A DNA stretch of 64,000 nt from assembly GCA_048772705.1 (NCBI GenBank), contig JBLWGC010000092.1, positions 62,001-126,000 on the forward strand. Direction: 5' to 3'. Made by a program: the position numbers and the translations under genes. Shown in pieces: positions 12,166 to 24,861 of the stretch (its first letter is position 1; each line of letters begins with the position of its first letter). Source of the DNA: Leidyana gryllorum EB-2025a. Taxonomy: Eukaryota; Protista; Apicomplexa. Under the pieces are notes generated by a model, which saw only the letters and a list, made by a program, of their open reading frames with translations, had not been told where the DNA came from and did no database searches.

Positions 12166-12971
12166 GAATTTCGCACCACTGTTGCTGTGTATTGGCAATG
12201 CAATTCCCCAATGTCAATGGCTCCAATGAAATTAGAATGTCTACCACGTTTGGTCGTTATGCTCCCTGGCCTCAAGGGATGTGCATCATCGTCAATTGAT
12301 TGAAGATGCCAGATAGTTCAGTGTATAGTGAAGCTTAAGGCCGACTGATAGTCCCCCACATTCCGGTATCTTGCCTTTATCGTTTGCTATCTGACCCCTA
12401 AGTTCGATAATATTCGCGCGTTGTGGAGGCGAGTCAAGCAGATGTCAAGATCACGATAGGATCCAGCTGCATTTTTGTACACCTAGAATCTCTTGAGCTC
12501 CACATTCGGAATGAAGTCAGGAAGCTGTTAGCCACCACACCACCACTGAGGGCCCAGATGACGTGTCCTGCATCTGTTGGAGATTCAGTCAGATGAGTTG
12601 CAAGAACACTCCACGGATAGTATGTGTGTGGTGGACTTGGGATCTCACCCAGCTGTCCTCAGCTTGATGAGACTAGAGCGCTCTCTCTTCATTCTTTGTC
12701 AAAAGAGGTGAAAGGTTCGCGATGGCTCATGATTTGTTACAAGAGTGTCCAGAAAGTATAGGCACTACTCTATCGCAGATAGCTTTGACTGGAGTGGAGC
12801 TTTGTGGATGAATGGGTATATCGCTTTGCTGGTACAGAGTTTTGTGTGAATGGATATGTGGGGAGTTGGTGAGAGGGTTGATGATGATTTGTCATCACGG
12901 ATTGAATCGAAACCAGCTTCATTTAAGTCAAGTACTGTGAAAAGTTGCTGATATGTTTTTGACAAAGCGGC

Positions 12972-15212
12972 ATGGCGGGGTCGCATGAGAGTATCACCCC
13001 GAGTCATGGAGACAAGGTACCCCTGAGTCCAGGAGAAGCTGAGTCATTGACCATAGCACGGAGTCCGGTGTCTGGCGATATTGAAGCACATGTTCCGAGC
13101 TATACAACTCCTACTGGAACGCTTGACCGTCGTAATTCAAGCGGTACAGTACGTCAACGAAGGGGCGATTGGAGAACCTATGAGCCACTACGTCCCAGTA
13201 CGTTACCTTTGAAAGAGAAGGAGACAGCAGAGAAGAGCAGTAGGACGAAGGAAAGTGACTCTGGAGGTAGTGATGAGGAGCCACAGGAGGAAGTTGAGAA
13301 GGTGCGGAAGAAATGGGGAATAACGTGCTCCCGTCGTTATGGTGTGCGATTTGGGCGATGTGTTTGTTGCCCAGGAGTGGTTCTGGCGTGGATCCCGCTT
13401 TTGTGTCTACTGATCTTGTTCTCCATTTTATTCGCGGCTGGAGCGTTTACAGCCTTCTACCTGACAAGCACTGGGTTCGCGATCTTGGCACAGGAGAACA
13501 CATGGGATATGGTGACATCGACTGAGAGCTCGGGGGGATTTATTCGGTATTTGCCAGCAGGCGAGTTTCCAATGATGGGTAGCTCTGATGGGTTGCTGAT
13601 TGATGTAATGTTTCCCCTTACCACGTATGTGCCGAGTTTGTGGCGTGTTTTCGTGACGCATTATGGAACGACATTGCGATTCCTTCCACTGGCTGAGAGT
13701 GCCGGGACAAGTGCTTTGGCGGCGTGCGTGGTGAACACCCTGCAGAATACCAGGAGCAATGACGCGAAGGTAGAGCGTGTGTCTGAAGTGTGTGGAGGGA
13801 ACGGGACAGAAGATCTGCAAGAGCGAATGCTGCCATTTGGGCGGAGTCTGACATCAGAGCACAAGAAGGTTGTTCTGGCTGCATACGATCGGCTGTTTGA
13901 CGAGATTCCAGATTTGCCCCGCAATCGTGCTGCTCGTATGTTTCCGGGTGGTTTGACTTACATGCCGAGGTTGGAGAAGGCGGCTTTGGGTCTGGAGGTG
14001 ATGAAGCGAAAGCCTGGGAGCAAAGCCTTGCCGAGGTTGGATCTTGTGTGGTCGTATACGAGTAAAATCGTGCACGACGAGGAGGCAGCTAAATTGTTCC
14101 AGGGGGAGTTGGATGTGAGCGAGGATGAGTTTGTCGGAGCAGTTGAGACAAATCAGACGAAGATCGTCGACATAACTTGGGAAATGAATAATCGCGAATA
14201 CGTCTCGGGTATTCGGCATCATGTGGGGCATAAACGTCTGGCTGTGGCAGCTAAAGATGCCGACTTTGTGAGCGAAGGAATGGAGCCTCAAGTGTTGAGG
14301 CTCAGCCGGATATGGGAGGCGGAGTTGCAGCTGGAGGCTGAGGCGAGGGAAAGGCGGCAGAGAGACCTGAAAGGGAAGGGACCCACGCATCTGAATGCAT
14401 TGCCACGATGGAAGACTCGCAGTGCTATCCGGACTGAACCGCTTCACGACGAGACCCCGACAGCTTCCGAATTGGAGGACTTTTATACGACTCGGATTTC
14501 GCAGCCGCGTAATCTTCGGTTGGGATTGAACCCGGCATTCAGTAATGAGGAGAGCAGCTGGTGGTTGGCCTCACTGTTATTGACCCGACTGAACACGTGC
14601 AAAGACGAGGCCAAGAATATTGGTCCTCTGCTGAGCAGACTGCCTGACGGAGGGGACTCGCTGCCGTTGCGTCGGTAAGAATGTGAATGGTGGGCGGCGG
14701 GTCTCATTGGGTTTTGCTTTAGGTTCGGGGACAGTTGTGGAGAGCTTTGGGCGATAATGACTACTCACATGGCGCAGACGCAGGACCGCGAGGAGCGAAG
14801 TCTGCTGAAGAGCGCGTTGTTGACTGCTATGGCAGAGGAAGTGTCTGTGGAATATGTGTTGCCACCTTCGAGGCTTATTGGTGACCCGTTAACGCGGCAG
14901 CATTTACCGAAAGGTCAGGCAACAGTGGGGACACTGAGCATCCTGCAGGGAATCCCTATGAGCAGTACTGAGGTCAACTACTATCAGGTAGTGTTGCAAT
15001 TAGGATTTGGGTTTCTCTCAATTGAGACGACGTGGCAGGCTTTCTACGGGGACTGTGACAGATGGGGTTTTGTTCTGCTGGAGATTAGGTTTGAGAACGT
15101 CTATCCGTGCGATTGGTGCAGCTTCGTATTTCCTCCCCAGTCATATAGCTATCCCTTTATTGTACCCTGCGACCCCAATGATTTGATCCCTCCCGTAACC
15201 TCGAAAACTTAG
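12972..15212 (+). CDS. Hypothetical single-pass (type II-like) membrane protein, multi-exon
   Basis: Low-complexity N-terminus, Cys cluster CVCC, then hydrophobic VVLAWIPLLCLLILFSILFAAGAFTAFYL; the intron from 14675 joins in frame to ORF 14757-15212. Confidence 0.65.
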
Positions 15213-15236
15213 AGGAGACAAAAAGTGAGTAAGGGT

Positions 15237-16758
15237 ATGGCTGAGGGCAAGTTGGTGAGTGGGGGGACCGAGGAGGGGAGATACATTGCTGTTGTTGTAG
15301 GGGGGGCACCTGCAGGATGCTGACGAGACCACGGTGAAACTGTACTTCCAGTACTATGGGAAGTTGGCGAATCAGATGAATATGCTCCAGGACTATACTC
15401 GGACGTCAGCGTATATGTCTGCTGTATGCGATAACAAGGCTGACTTTGTGGGAAGGACAGTGATGGACGTGGGCGCCGGGAGCGGCATATTATCCTTTTT
15501 CGCCGCCAAAGCCGGAGCAGAGCGGGTGTTTGCTGTAGAAGCCAGTAACGTGGCTACTGCTATTGAGCGGCTCAAGGAAGCGAACCCTACTTACGGTTCC
15601 AGAATTAAAGTAATTCCTAAGCCTCTCGAGGCCATTGACCCCGTGGAAGACTTGCGCTCCCCGCACACTCCACTGCCACCCCAAGCTCCCGCCGAGGTCC
15701 CAGTTGATGCCATGTCGGAAGACACTGCTTCGGCAGGAGGATACGACGCGCCCAAAGTGGATGTTCTAGTTTCTGAGCCAATTGGTACCTTCCTGTTCAA
15801 CGAGCGGATGATTGAGACATACCTCTACGCTCGCGACCACTTTCTCAAGCCGGGAGGCGCTATGTATCCGAATAAGGCCAATCTGTATCTATCTCTCTTT
15901 TCTGATGCCGCCCTCTACTCGGAGATCAGCCACAAAGTCACATTCTGGGAGAACCAGAACTTTTATGGGCTCGATATATCTGGCTTAGTGAGCAGAGCCG
16001 CCGAAGAAGCCTTTGAGCAACCAATCTTGGGTAAGACAACAGCTCGTCTTCTCCCACCCCCTCTTCCGCGCACAGACTTTATCGATCGCCAATGTCTGAT
16101 CGGACCGGCTCGCTGCGAGACTTTCGACTTCAAAACCCTTCCCCGAGGCTCATTGGCTGAGGTGAGCGACGCCTGCCTCCTCAGCTCAATCATTCCTGCT
16201 GCCTTTCTGTAGATGACGTTCAATCTGGATGTTCCTATAACGAGCCCCACACTAATTCACGGAGTCGCGGGGTGGTTTGATATTGTGTTCGACGGTCCGA
16301 ATACGCCTGTGACTCTCTCGACAGCTCCCTGGAATCCCCCGACCCATTGGTAAATACCTCTCCTTCTCTCCCACCCCGAACGCACACACGCGCGCGCGCT
16401 CGACAGGCATCAGATACGATTTATGTTGAAGCAACCTCTGGCCGTGAATAGTGGACAAAGAGTAGTTGGTACTCTGCACATGAAGGGTCACAGTCAACAG
16501 AGTTATAATGTGAAGGTCAAGTTGGCCATTGAGGGAACAACCTTTGCTTCCGAGTCGGCTGTCATCGACTTGAAGGTGAGCCAGACACCCACACACTTTT
16601 TGTTCACTCAACGTCCGCAGGATCCCGACTACCGTTGGTTCTGCGGGTCGACTGGGACGACAGGTGCTGGGGGCAACACCACAACGCCAAACGCCTCTAC
16701 CACTCAACAATACACCAATGTAACAGCGGGAGGAGGTAGTTGGTCAGGGACTGACTGA
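15237..16758 (+). CDS. CARM1: Protein arginine methyltransferase CARM1/PRMT4, multi-exon
   Basis: YFQYYG.L.NQ.NMLQDY.RT, VMDVGAGSGILSFFA, double-E loop SEPIGTFLFNERMIE, THW loop STAPWNPPTHW. Confidence 0.93.
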
Positions 16759-16809
16759 CAGTAATGCGCAATGATAGTGTCTTTTTGAGAGTTTTGAGGG
16801 GAGGATACG

Positions 16810-18324
16810 ATGCATATCTCGGTGGCTTCGGTTCTCTCTCTCTTAACAGCAACATATGTAGCCGCTGATGTGGCGCCCCTGGGAGCCTCCAACTTCACAG
16901 ACTTCATCGCCACCCATCCCATGACTCTGGTCCAGTTCCACGCCCCGTGGTGTGCTATGTGTAAACGACTCGCACCGGAGTATCAGGAGGCCTCGGAGAT
17001 GGTGGCAAAGGAACGCGGAGACGCGGTTATCTTCGCCGAGGTCGACGCGAGTGTGGAAGCCGATCTCGCCAAGGAACATGACATTATTGGGTACCCCACG
17101 CTACTGTTCTTCCGCGATGGCAAACCGGAGCCATATAGCGGTGGGAGAAGCTCCAAGAGTATCGTAGAGTGGGTGCAGCGGATGACCAACGAGGTGGTCA
17201 CGTGGTATACGGACGCTGCTCAAGTTCGACAGGAGAGAACCCGTGTTTTGGAAGACGATGAAGTTCGCGCTCCCGCTGTGTTTGTTGCCTTCTTTGACTC
17301 CAAGGACTCACCAGCGGCTGAGAAGTATCGAAAAGTGGCTAATTCGCAACGTTTGCACGGCGTCTTCCTCGCTCTAATCGACCCCAGTATGCCCGCTTCA
17401 GACATTGGAAAGATTACAGCTTACCGAAGTCGCGAAGATCCCGTCAGCACTACAATTGAAGATCCGGAGAAATTGGAACAATGGATACAAACAGAGGCCA
17501 TGCCGCTATTCGGCATGGTAGGAGCTCACAACTTTGGCAAATACGCCGCCAGAAGTGACCACTGGGTGTGGTTCGCCGGAAAGTATGAAGATTTCGAAAC
17601 CTATGCTCCCATCATTAGACGAGTCGCCGCCAATTACAGAAAGGAGTTCAACTTTGTCTGGCTATCAGTCGAAGACTTCAGGTCGCACGCTACAGGTGAG
17701 TGTGTGTGCGCGCGTGTGTGGCAATAATTGGTGTGATTGACAACAGACGGATTGGGTCTTTCAACTTTCCCTTCCATTGCGATGGTGTGGGAGAACGACA
17801 AGTATCACATGGAGGCTGAGGGACTGCCGATGGGAGCCATTACCGAGAGGGGACTGACCAAGTTTATAGAGGCGGTGAAGGCGGGGAAGGTGAAGAGGTA
17901 TCTGAGGAGCGAGCCGATTCCCGACACCAATGACGAAGACATGAAGATTGTCGTGGGAGAAGAGTTCTCCGATTGGGTCTTCAGCAAAGATCACGATATG
18001 TTCCTATTGATACACGCGCCCTGGTGTGGCCATTGCCGCAAAATGATGGAAGCATGGGAGGAACTGGCAGCTCGCGTGTCGAGCACCGGGCAGTTCATGG
18101 TGGGCAAAATGGACGGCACCAAGAACGATCCCGATGTCGGGGGCTTCGAGGCTCTTGGATTCCCCACAATCTACTTTGTGCCCGCTGGAAGTAACACACC
18201 TTTGCTGTATGACGGAGATCGGACTGTAGATGCCTTCATTCAGTTTGCGCGCAAGCACGCCACATTTCCAGTTATAGACAGTGTCGATGACTACCACAGT
18301 GCTAGAAAGGGAGAGGAGCTGTGA
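16810..18324 (+). CDS. PDI: Protein disulfide isomerase paralog 1 (divergent; CAMC/CGHC, C-terminal GEEL)
   Basis: Signal peptide; a-b-b'-a' layout; FHAPWCAMCK and HAPWCGHCR; one intron near 17696-17746; ends GEEL. Confidence 0.9.
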
Positions 18325-18424
18325 GTCAAATGTGTCATAGCCCACACCTCCCACATATAAGGAGACAGCGTGCGAATTAGTCCCAAAAGCTCCTGAGAAT
18401 TACTTTCGGTTGATTTGTGTTAGA

Positions 18425-19935
18425 ATGAAGGTGTTCGGGTTCTTGTTTGGGTTGTTGGGCGTTGCTGCTGCAGCCGCCGACTCGGACAAGGCCGATTCTG
18501 CCGTTGTCCAGTTGACTTCAGAGAACTTCGACAAGTTCTTGGAGGAAAACAAAGTCTCTCTCGTCAAGTTTTACGCCCCATGGTGCGGACACTGCAAGAC
18601 TCTCGCTCCAGAGTACGAAGCCGCCGCCAAGGAGCTCAAGAAAACTGGCGGTATTCCACTCGGTGAGGTCGATGCCACTCAGGAGAAAGCCTTGGCCGAG
18701 AAATATGAAATCCGCGGCTTCCCTACCATGTTCATCTTCCGTAATGGCCAACCGGAGGTCTACAACGGCGGCAGAACCAAAGCCACCATCCTGGAGTACA
18801 TCCAGAAGATGACCGGCCCCGCTGTCACCTGGGCCAAGAGCAAGACCGAGGCCGAGAAATTGGCCGCCGAAGGCACTGTTGCTTTCGTTGCTGTCCTGCC
18901 TTCCAAGACCGACGCCGCCGCCCAAACTTACGAGAAGGTTGCTGATGCCAACCGTGTCAAGGGTCTCTTCATCGCTTATGAGGACTCCAAGGCCACTGCC
19001 ACCGTCGAAGTCCACCGTCAGGGCGAAGACGTCACCTCTAGCCCCATCGCCGATGCAACCAAACTCGAGAAATGGGTTTCTGCGGAGTCCATCCCCCTGC
19101 TCGGACCCATCAACGCCGACACTTATCCCATGTATGCCTCTCGCGGCAGCAACTGGGTGTGGTTCGCTGCTACCGCTGACGACTACCAACGTCTCGGCAA
19201 GCCCATCCGCAAGGTGTCTAAGAACTTCCGTGACGAGTTCAACTTCGTGTGGCTCAACGTCGATGAGCTCAAGACTCATGCCGAAAGTAAGTGATCCATC
19301 CGTCCGCTCGTTGACGCACAAACACACATACACACGTGTGTGCGTGAACGAAATGTCCATGCGGGTCTTGCAACATTGCTTCAATTGCAGCTGCTTTGGG
19401 TCTCACCAGCTTCCCCGGTGTGATCGTTGTCCGTGATGACAAGAAATACAAGTTCGAGGATGAGCTTACCCACAAGAACCTGGACAAGTTTGTGTCCAAT
19501 GTTATGAACGGCAAGGTTTCACCTTTCCTGAAATCTGAGCCTATCCCTGAAACTAACGATGAGCCAGTGAAGGTCGTTGTTGGCAAGGAATTCTCCAAGC
19601 TGGTGCTTCAGAAGGACAAGGACGTCTTCCTGAAGATCTACGCTCCGTGGTGTGGACACTGCACTAAATTGGCTCCTATCTGGACTGAGCTGGCTGAGAA
19701 GACCAAGAACAGCAAGAACTTCGTTGTGGCCAAGTTCGACGGTACCGCCAACGAGCCTGATGCCGAAGGATTCGGTTTCCGTGGTTTCCCCACTCTCTAC
19801 TTTGTCCCGGCCGGCGAGAAGGCTCCTATCGCATATGATGGTGGCCGTACCTTGGATGATCTGTTGGCCTTCGCCAAGAAGCACGCCAAGCACCCTCTGG
19901 TTGTTGAGGATGTTGAGGAGAAGGACGAGCTTTAG
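18425..19935 (+). CDS. PDI: Protein disulfide isomerase paralog 2 (canonical; CGHC/CGHC, KDEL)
   Basis: Signal peptide, two WCGHC sites, KDEL, intron 19288-19390, strong C-ending codon bias. Confidence 0.96.
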
Positions 19936-20143
19936 AGAGTTGTCTCCATTCCCCCACAAAAAGAAACAAGTTCTGGAACTCAATTGCATACTTAGTACCT
20001 TTAGCTGATTCTGCAACTGTATGGTCCGTTATTGCGCTGAGGCAGTGACTCACTTGCGAAACACGGATTGGTACGCTATCATTCTCTCATTTATTGAGTA
20101 TTCATTCCTCCTCCTTGGTCTCATTTCAAATAGTCGTCTACGG

Positions 20144-21840
20144 CTACGGGGTTTCTAACAGAGATCGGGGGCGTTTGGCGGGCGGTTTGAAGCGGCTGGC
20201 TGATGTGGTGCTGTAATCGTCATCGAGGAGAGTGGAATTGCTTTCTGTGCGCTTGAGGGTCCGTTGAATGAGATTAGGTTGGGAACTCGGCGCTGTGGGA
20301 GGGTTGTTGGCGCCGGCAGTATTGGAAGTTCTTGAGAAGCCGCGAGGCACACCGACATACCAACTCTCAATCCTCAAACCCTCATAGATGGATCCCCAAT
20401 CAGCGATTCGCATAGCGTCGTTTCCTTTGTCCAGAGAGGGCAGTAAGTGTTTCGGAACCCCCTGAGAGTACAGAAAGCCGTCTTCTCGCGATCCAATGCT
20501 GGCGACGATGCCGCAAAAGTTGCATCTGGATTCCCCTATCCGCCACCCCACTCCGCAGGCGTAGCAACAGTGAGATCGGGAGAGTGGAGGCCTCATGAGG
20601 CCCTGGCTGGCTCCCGGTGGCATATAGTGGAGCAGCGATAGGAGCCATCTGAGACTGGAGGAGTTGTCGGCGATGAGTTCCAGCAAGTCCCAATCTTTCG
20701 ATGATACGTCTTCGGGTGTGAGTGGATCGGCCAACTTGAGAGAGAGACAGCTATTGTAGAATTGGAGCCCGAACTCGCGGGGAGCGATACTTCTGACTCC
20801 AACGTAACGAACAGAAGCGGCTTTGCCGCATAAATCGCAGCGTGCGGCACAAATCTCGGGTCGGGGGCCGGCCTTGATGTATCGCGGGAGTCGCATAGCG
20901 ACATGCGACCCGCAGTTGAAACAGGGGAAATAGGAGGGAACCGGTTTATTATACATTGCCACAATGTGCGGTACCGCCCAAGATCGGCCACTTCTTATTA
21001 TGCGCCAGAAGGCTGGCTGATCCAACCAGCAGTGTATGAGACGCTCTCCCAAGGAACGGGGCATTCTGCGGTCATAAGTCACTCCCTCCCATTCCTGGAC
21101 TTGACATATGGCGTCGTCCCAATCGGTGATGGCATCTAAGAATTTCATCAGTGCTTTGTCTCCGGCTCGGACCCATTCTGGAGTCAATGAGCGGCCACCA
21201 CCAAACGAGCCGAGATAGTTGGCGGACCACAACTGGGGAGGCACATTGACGCCGGGTGCCTCCTGTAGGCGATGAAGCAGTTTCGCTTGAATATCGCCGC
21301 TGAGGAAGTGCGGCATTGGCACTGTCAATGGAACACCTCTGAGTCGGGCCAGCATCTCGGAGATGTCAGTGATCATCTTCTGCCGCTCTGCCCAGTGGGC
21401 CCTACGAGCGCGACTCTCCAAACTAATTATCAGAGACTCATGCGATGGATAATAAGTGTTATCATTGTCCTCGTCTTCAGAAGCGGCTTCGCGGATCTGT
21501 GAGCGAAGGAAGAATTGGTCGGCGACGCCGCGGCATCGAAGCCACACTCTCTGTCTGTGTTACTCACCGTGTCGACGTGTTTGATACTTAGACGGGGCCC
21601 CGAGGGCTTAGAATGCGCATTGGTACAGAGGGGTGTCTGAAAGTCGCTGTGATCATCGCAGAGACTTTGGCCGGGGAGGTGGGCGCTGGTAGAGGCGTCA
21701 CCCGCGCGGGGCGAGGTGGCAGCAGTCGCCGCTGTGTGAAGGCAGTCATCTTCCTGCTTGATATGGGAAGCAGACTGGCGAGATGTGGGGGTGGCGGCGC
21801 CAGCTACGGCGGAGAAGATGCCCGTAAGGACGCCCTTCAT
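20144..21840 (-). CDS. Hypothetical protein with two zinc-ribbon-like CxxC pairs (2 exons)
   Basis: Intron 21567-21497 joins ORFs 21430-21840 and 20144-21547; CFNC...CDLC and CYAC...CNFC. Confidence 0.6.
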
Positions 21841-22405
21841 CTATATAAACGGGTCTTAGCATTTGGGAGCTTGGGAGGTTCGAGGCAAAAAAACACTAGA
21901 TCACTGGTTCTCTACTCACGAGACTTGCCCAAGCTCGCTGTCAGGGGGAGAAAGTCGTAGTTCCGCGCGACCCAATAGCAGCGGATCTGAAAAGGTGGCT
22001 TGTGTGTGTGTGTGTGTATGTACCTCAAGATAAATGAACGGAGGTCGATCGACTCGATCGACTCGTTTCTCATGACATCGATTTGGTCCGTAAAGGAAAA
22101 GTAGACTGATTCTTGCGAAGGCGTGTGTATGTAGATGGAGAAGCCGCCACGACATGTGTCGTTATAGAGGCACAGAGAGACGGTTAATGTGTGTGCGAGC
22201 GTGTGTGTGAGTAATCATTCGAGCGAATCGCTGACGATACCCCTCAACTAAGTATTTGAACCTCGTGGGAACGACAGACTGTGGGCAGACTGACGAACGT
22301 TAACAGACAGACAGATAGACAGATCGATCATCGATCGATAGTGGATCACCTTCGGAGAAGTTTAGAATATTCCTTATAGTTGGTAGTTAACCTCAGCAGG
22401 GATCA

Positions 22406-24841
22406 TCATTCGTCTACCAGAAGAGACGTCGGTGTGGTAGACATTGCTTGATGATAAAAAAGTGAAGTGGCTCTTATGCAATTGGTTTGGGGAACCACTG
22501 CTGTAGAGACCGAGGGATCCATCGCCAACGCGGCCGCTCGCAACCAAAGTGGTGACTTATAAACGCCGGGGTACAGGGGAGCGTGAATAACAATCCAATC
22601 CGCGGTCGATGGCTGAGAGGGTTTGCGCGACATATCCATATCGGAACTGTCAAAATCGAAGTGCCCGTGGTCAAAAGAGGTTCGGGCTTCCGAAGTACAC
22701 CGTGTGTCCGCGTCCGATAGGGCCGCTGGGGACTGTCTTCGATGTAGGAAGGAGTCGGAACGTTGGGGGAGTGGGGGGTGGGGCAAAGACTGGGACAGTT
22801 GGGATTGGGAGTGGGATCGGGAGTGGGATCGGGAGTGGGAGTGTTGTGAGGACGTCCAAGTGACCTTTCGTTGAAGAGGCCTTGCTGGGTTCAAGTTGGC
22901 CCCAGTGTCGAGAACTTTGGTTTCTTGGCATCCTCGTTCGAGTATGAGAAATATGGCTGGTTTAGCAACTCTCCTAGCCAACTCCAAAATTGGCGTCTTG
23001 GTGGCACGGACGCGATTATCACTAAGAGCCTTGAAAAAGGACCAAAACTGTGCGCCTGGTCGCTGACCTCGGACTCCACTCATGACCGAAACAAAAACGG
23101 CACTCATTCGTGCTTCCTCGAGCGCCTCATCGTTTCTGCCAGTCCACACCGGGATGGCAAAGTCAAAGTGATGGTACTGTGACGACACCATCAACCCAGC
23201 ACACCTCTGGAAGAAGCTCGAGAGACTGATCTTCATGAGGTGTGCTATGTCGGGCTTAATGAAATGGTTCAGATTGATTTTGTACTCGAGCACCGATGGG
23301 GGTAGAATTTGCTCAAGGCTTCCGCTTTGTCCCCATAGGGCGCGTGCCAAGTCCGAGAAAGGCGTCAACAACCCCTTCGCATTGCTCAGAGCGCGTAGAA
23401 CGCTCAGCCTCGCGATTAGGGAATGTCTCTGTTCGACATCCCACAAATGACGACGGGCATCTACAGCCAGAACGTCCATGATGGCGGCAACCTCGGTGTT
23501 ATGGCGAAGAAAGTTGATAGCCACTGAAGCCAAGAATGGTTCCGACGAATAGGCTACGACTGTATCATTCCGCCCGGAACTGTCCACTTCCATCAGCTGG
23601 CCCCAGCCATGTCGCATTAGCTGGTCGGAGATTTCATCATGATTGCGATACGCAACATATGCCGTCAGACAGACAAGTATACGATGAAATAATGCACTAT
23701 TGTTCATCTTCTGGCGTATCAACGCCATCCTTTGAGTATAGAGAGTAAATATCGTATCGTCGTCTAATCCAATGCGCCAGGCCGGACGGCCAAATCGTCG
23801 CATGGAGGCAGTGGTAGAACAGAATTGTGCAGTATCGATGGAGGGGTGAACAACTTGTGGCTCACCCTGGACTCCTAACGCATAAATAGGCACGACGGCC
23901 GCGTGGAATTGGTCAGTATCATCTTCGATATGGGGAAAATCGGTACGAAGTTGTCGCCGAAAGATCATTGAAGGAGGGAGTGTGTCGGATACGAGCACGC
24001 AATGTATCGAACAACCACATTGGGCCGAGCGATTGAATTCCAGGAGACCCTTTCGTAGTATATTGTAAAGTCGCAATTGCGGGTCATCAAAGATACACTG
24101 CGCTTCATCCAAAAAGAGGAAAAGTCGCTGATGGCCCGCGTCCGCAGTGACTCGGACGACATTTGCTTCCAGTTGCCTCCATAGAAGGGCCAAATTGTTG
24201 TGTGTCGCCTTGTCAATCTGCGGGCCGCGGCTGTGCTTGACCTCCACCATGGCGGCAGCCCGGGCGGCAGTGTGGAGTCCAGCGTTGTTGGAGCTGTTCA
24301 TACTGTCACTTCCGTATGTGTGGCCGTTGGCCGTGTTGTCAATCACAGGGGGGGTGTCAGCGTCGCCATTAGGGCGTGAAAGAGCCGGTCTTTGGAACGT
24401 ATCGGCCTTTATGGACGTGAGCTGGTACTCGAACCATTGACGGCCGTGATATGCAGAAAATTGACCGTTGGTCGTATTCATCATCATCATCATCATCAGA
24501 TTAGTCCATTGCGTGAGTAAGCAGATTAGGTCTGTTGAGTTGCGCAGCGATAATATTGAGGACGCAAACTTGGCTGGCGGGGGATAAGTTCCGTATCTAC
24601 TACTTGCCAGCGCTGCATACAAAGATGGTGAACGCAATGCACTTTCGTATATCAGTCTTGATTTGCCTGTGCCAGAGGACTGCACCAAACAAGTAATAGG
24701 GTGAAGATCAATTGGATGGCTCATGAAGTGGTCCATGAGCTCGGCAGGCGTCATTCCTCCTGATAACCAACGTGTGTGGAAGGCACGTTTGTTAGCTCCC
24801 TCCAGATCGCCGAGGTGCATCAGGACATCAGGGGTGGTCAT
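22406..24841 (-). CDS. Crinkler-type P-loop NTPase + degenerate restriction-endonuclease-fold protein, intronless
   Basis: Walker A LVQSSGTGKSRL, Walker B LFLFLDEA, FGRPAW, YSSEPFLASVA, LNHFI and QRCAGLMV...FDFAIPV occur in the motif order of CR-NTPase/CR-REase proteins of fungi and oomycetes. Confidence 0.72.
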   Translation of the reverse strand: MTTPDVLMHLGDLEGANKRAFHTRWLSGGMTPAELMDHFMSHPIDLHPITCLVQSSGTGKSRLIYESALRSPSLYAALASSRYGTYPPPAKFASSILSLRNSTDLICLLTQWTNLMMMMMMNTTNGQFSAYHGRQWFEYQLTSIKADTFQRPALSRPNGDADTPPVIDNTANGHTYGSDSMNSSNNAGLHTAARAAAMVEVKHSRGPQIDKATHNNLALLWRQLEANVVRVTADAGHQRLFLFLDEAQCIFDDPQLRLYNILRKGLLEFNRSAQCGCSIHCVLVSDTLPPSMIFRRQLRTDFPHIEDDTDQFHAAVVPIYALGVQGEPQVVHPSIDTAQFCSTTASMRRFGRPAWRIGLDDDTIFTLYTQRMALIRQKMNNSALFHRILVCLTAYVAYRNHDEISDQLMRHGWGQLMEVDSSGRNDTVVAYSSEPFLASVAINFLRHNTEVAAIMDVLAVDARRHLWDVEQRHSLIARLSVLRALSNAKGLLTPFSDLARALWGQSGSLEQILPPSVLEYKINLNHFIKPDIAHLMKISLSSFFQRCAGLMVSSQYHHFDFAIPVWTGRNDEALEEARMSAVFVSVMSGVRGQRPGAQFWSFFKALSDNRVRATKTPILELARRVAKPAIFLILERGCQETKVLDTGANLNPARPLQRKVTWTSSQHSHSRSHSRSHSQSQLSQSLPHPPLPQRSDSFLHRRQSPAALSDADTRCTSEARTSFDHGHFDFDSSDMDMSRKPSQPSTADWIVIHAPLYPGVYKSPLWLRAAALAMDPSVSTAVVPQTNCIRATSLFYHQAMSTTPTSLLVDE

Positions 24842-24861
24842 TGATTAGGAAGAGAAGAGAG

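Noticed and set aside
12250-12830. Possible small multi-exon gene between the cyclin and the TM protein
   Set aside because: Coding-like stretches, but no consistent spliced model could be built
12880-12951. Possible C/D snoRNA (ATGATGA...CTGA, ~70 nt)
   Set aside because: No terminal stem and no rRNA-complementary guide that I could verify; the boxes are short enough to arise by chance
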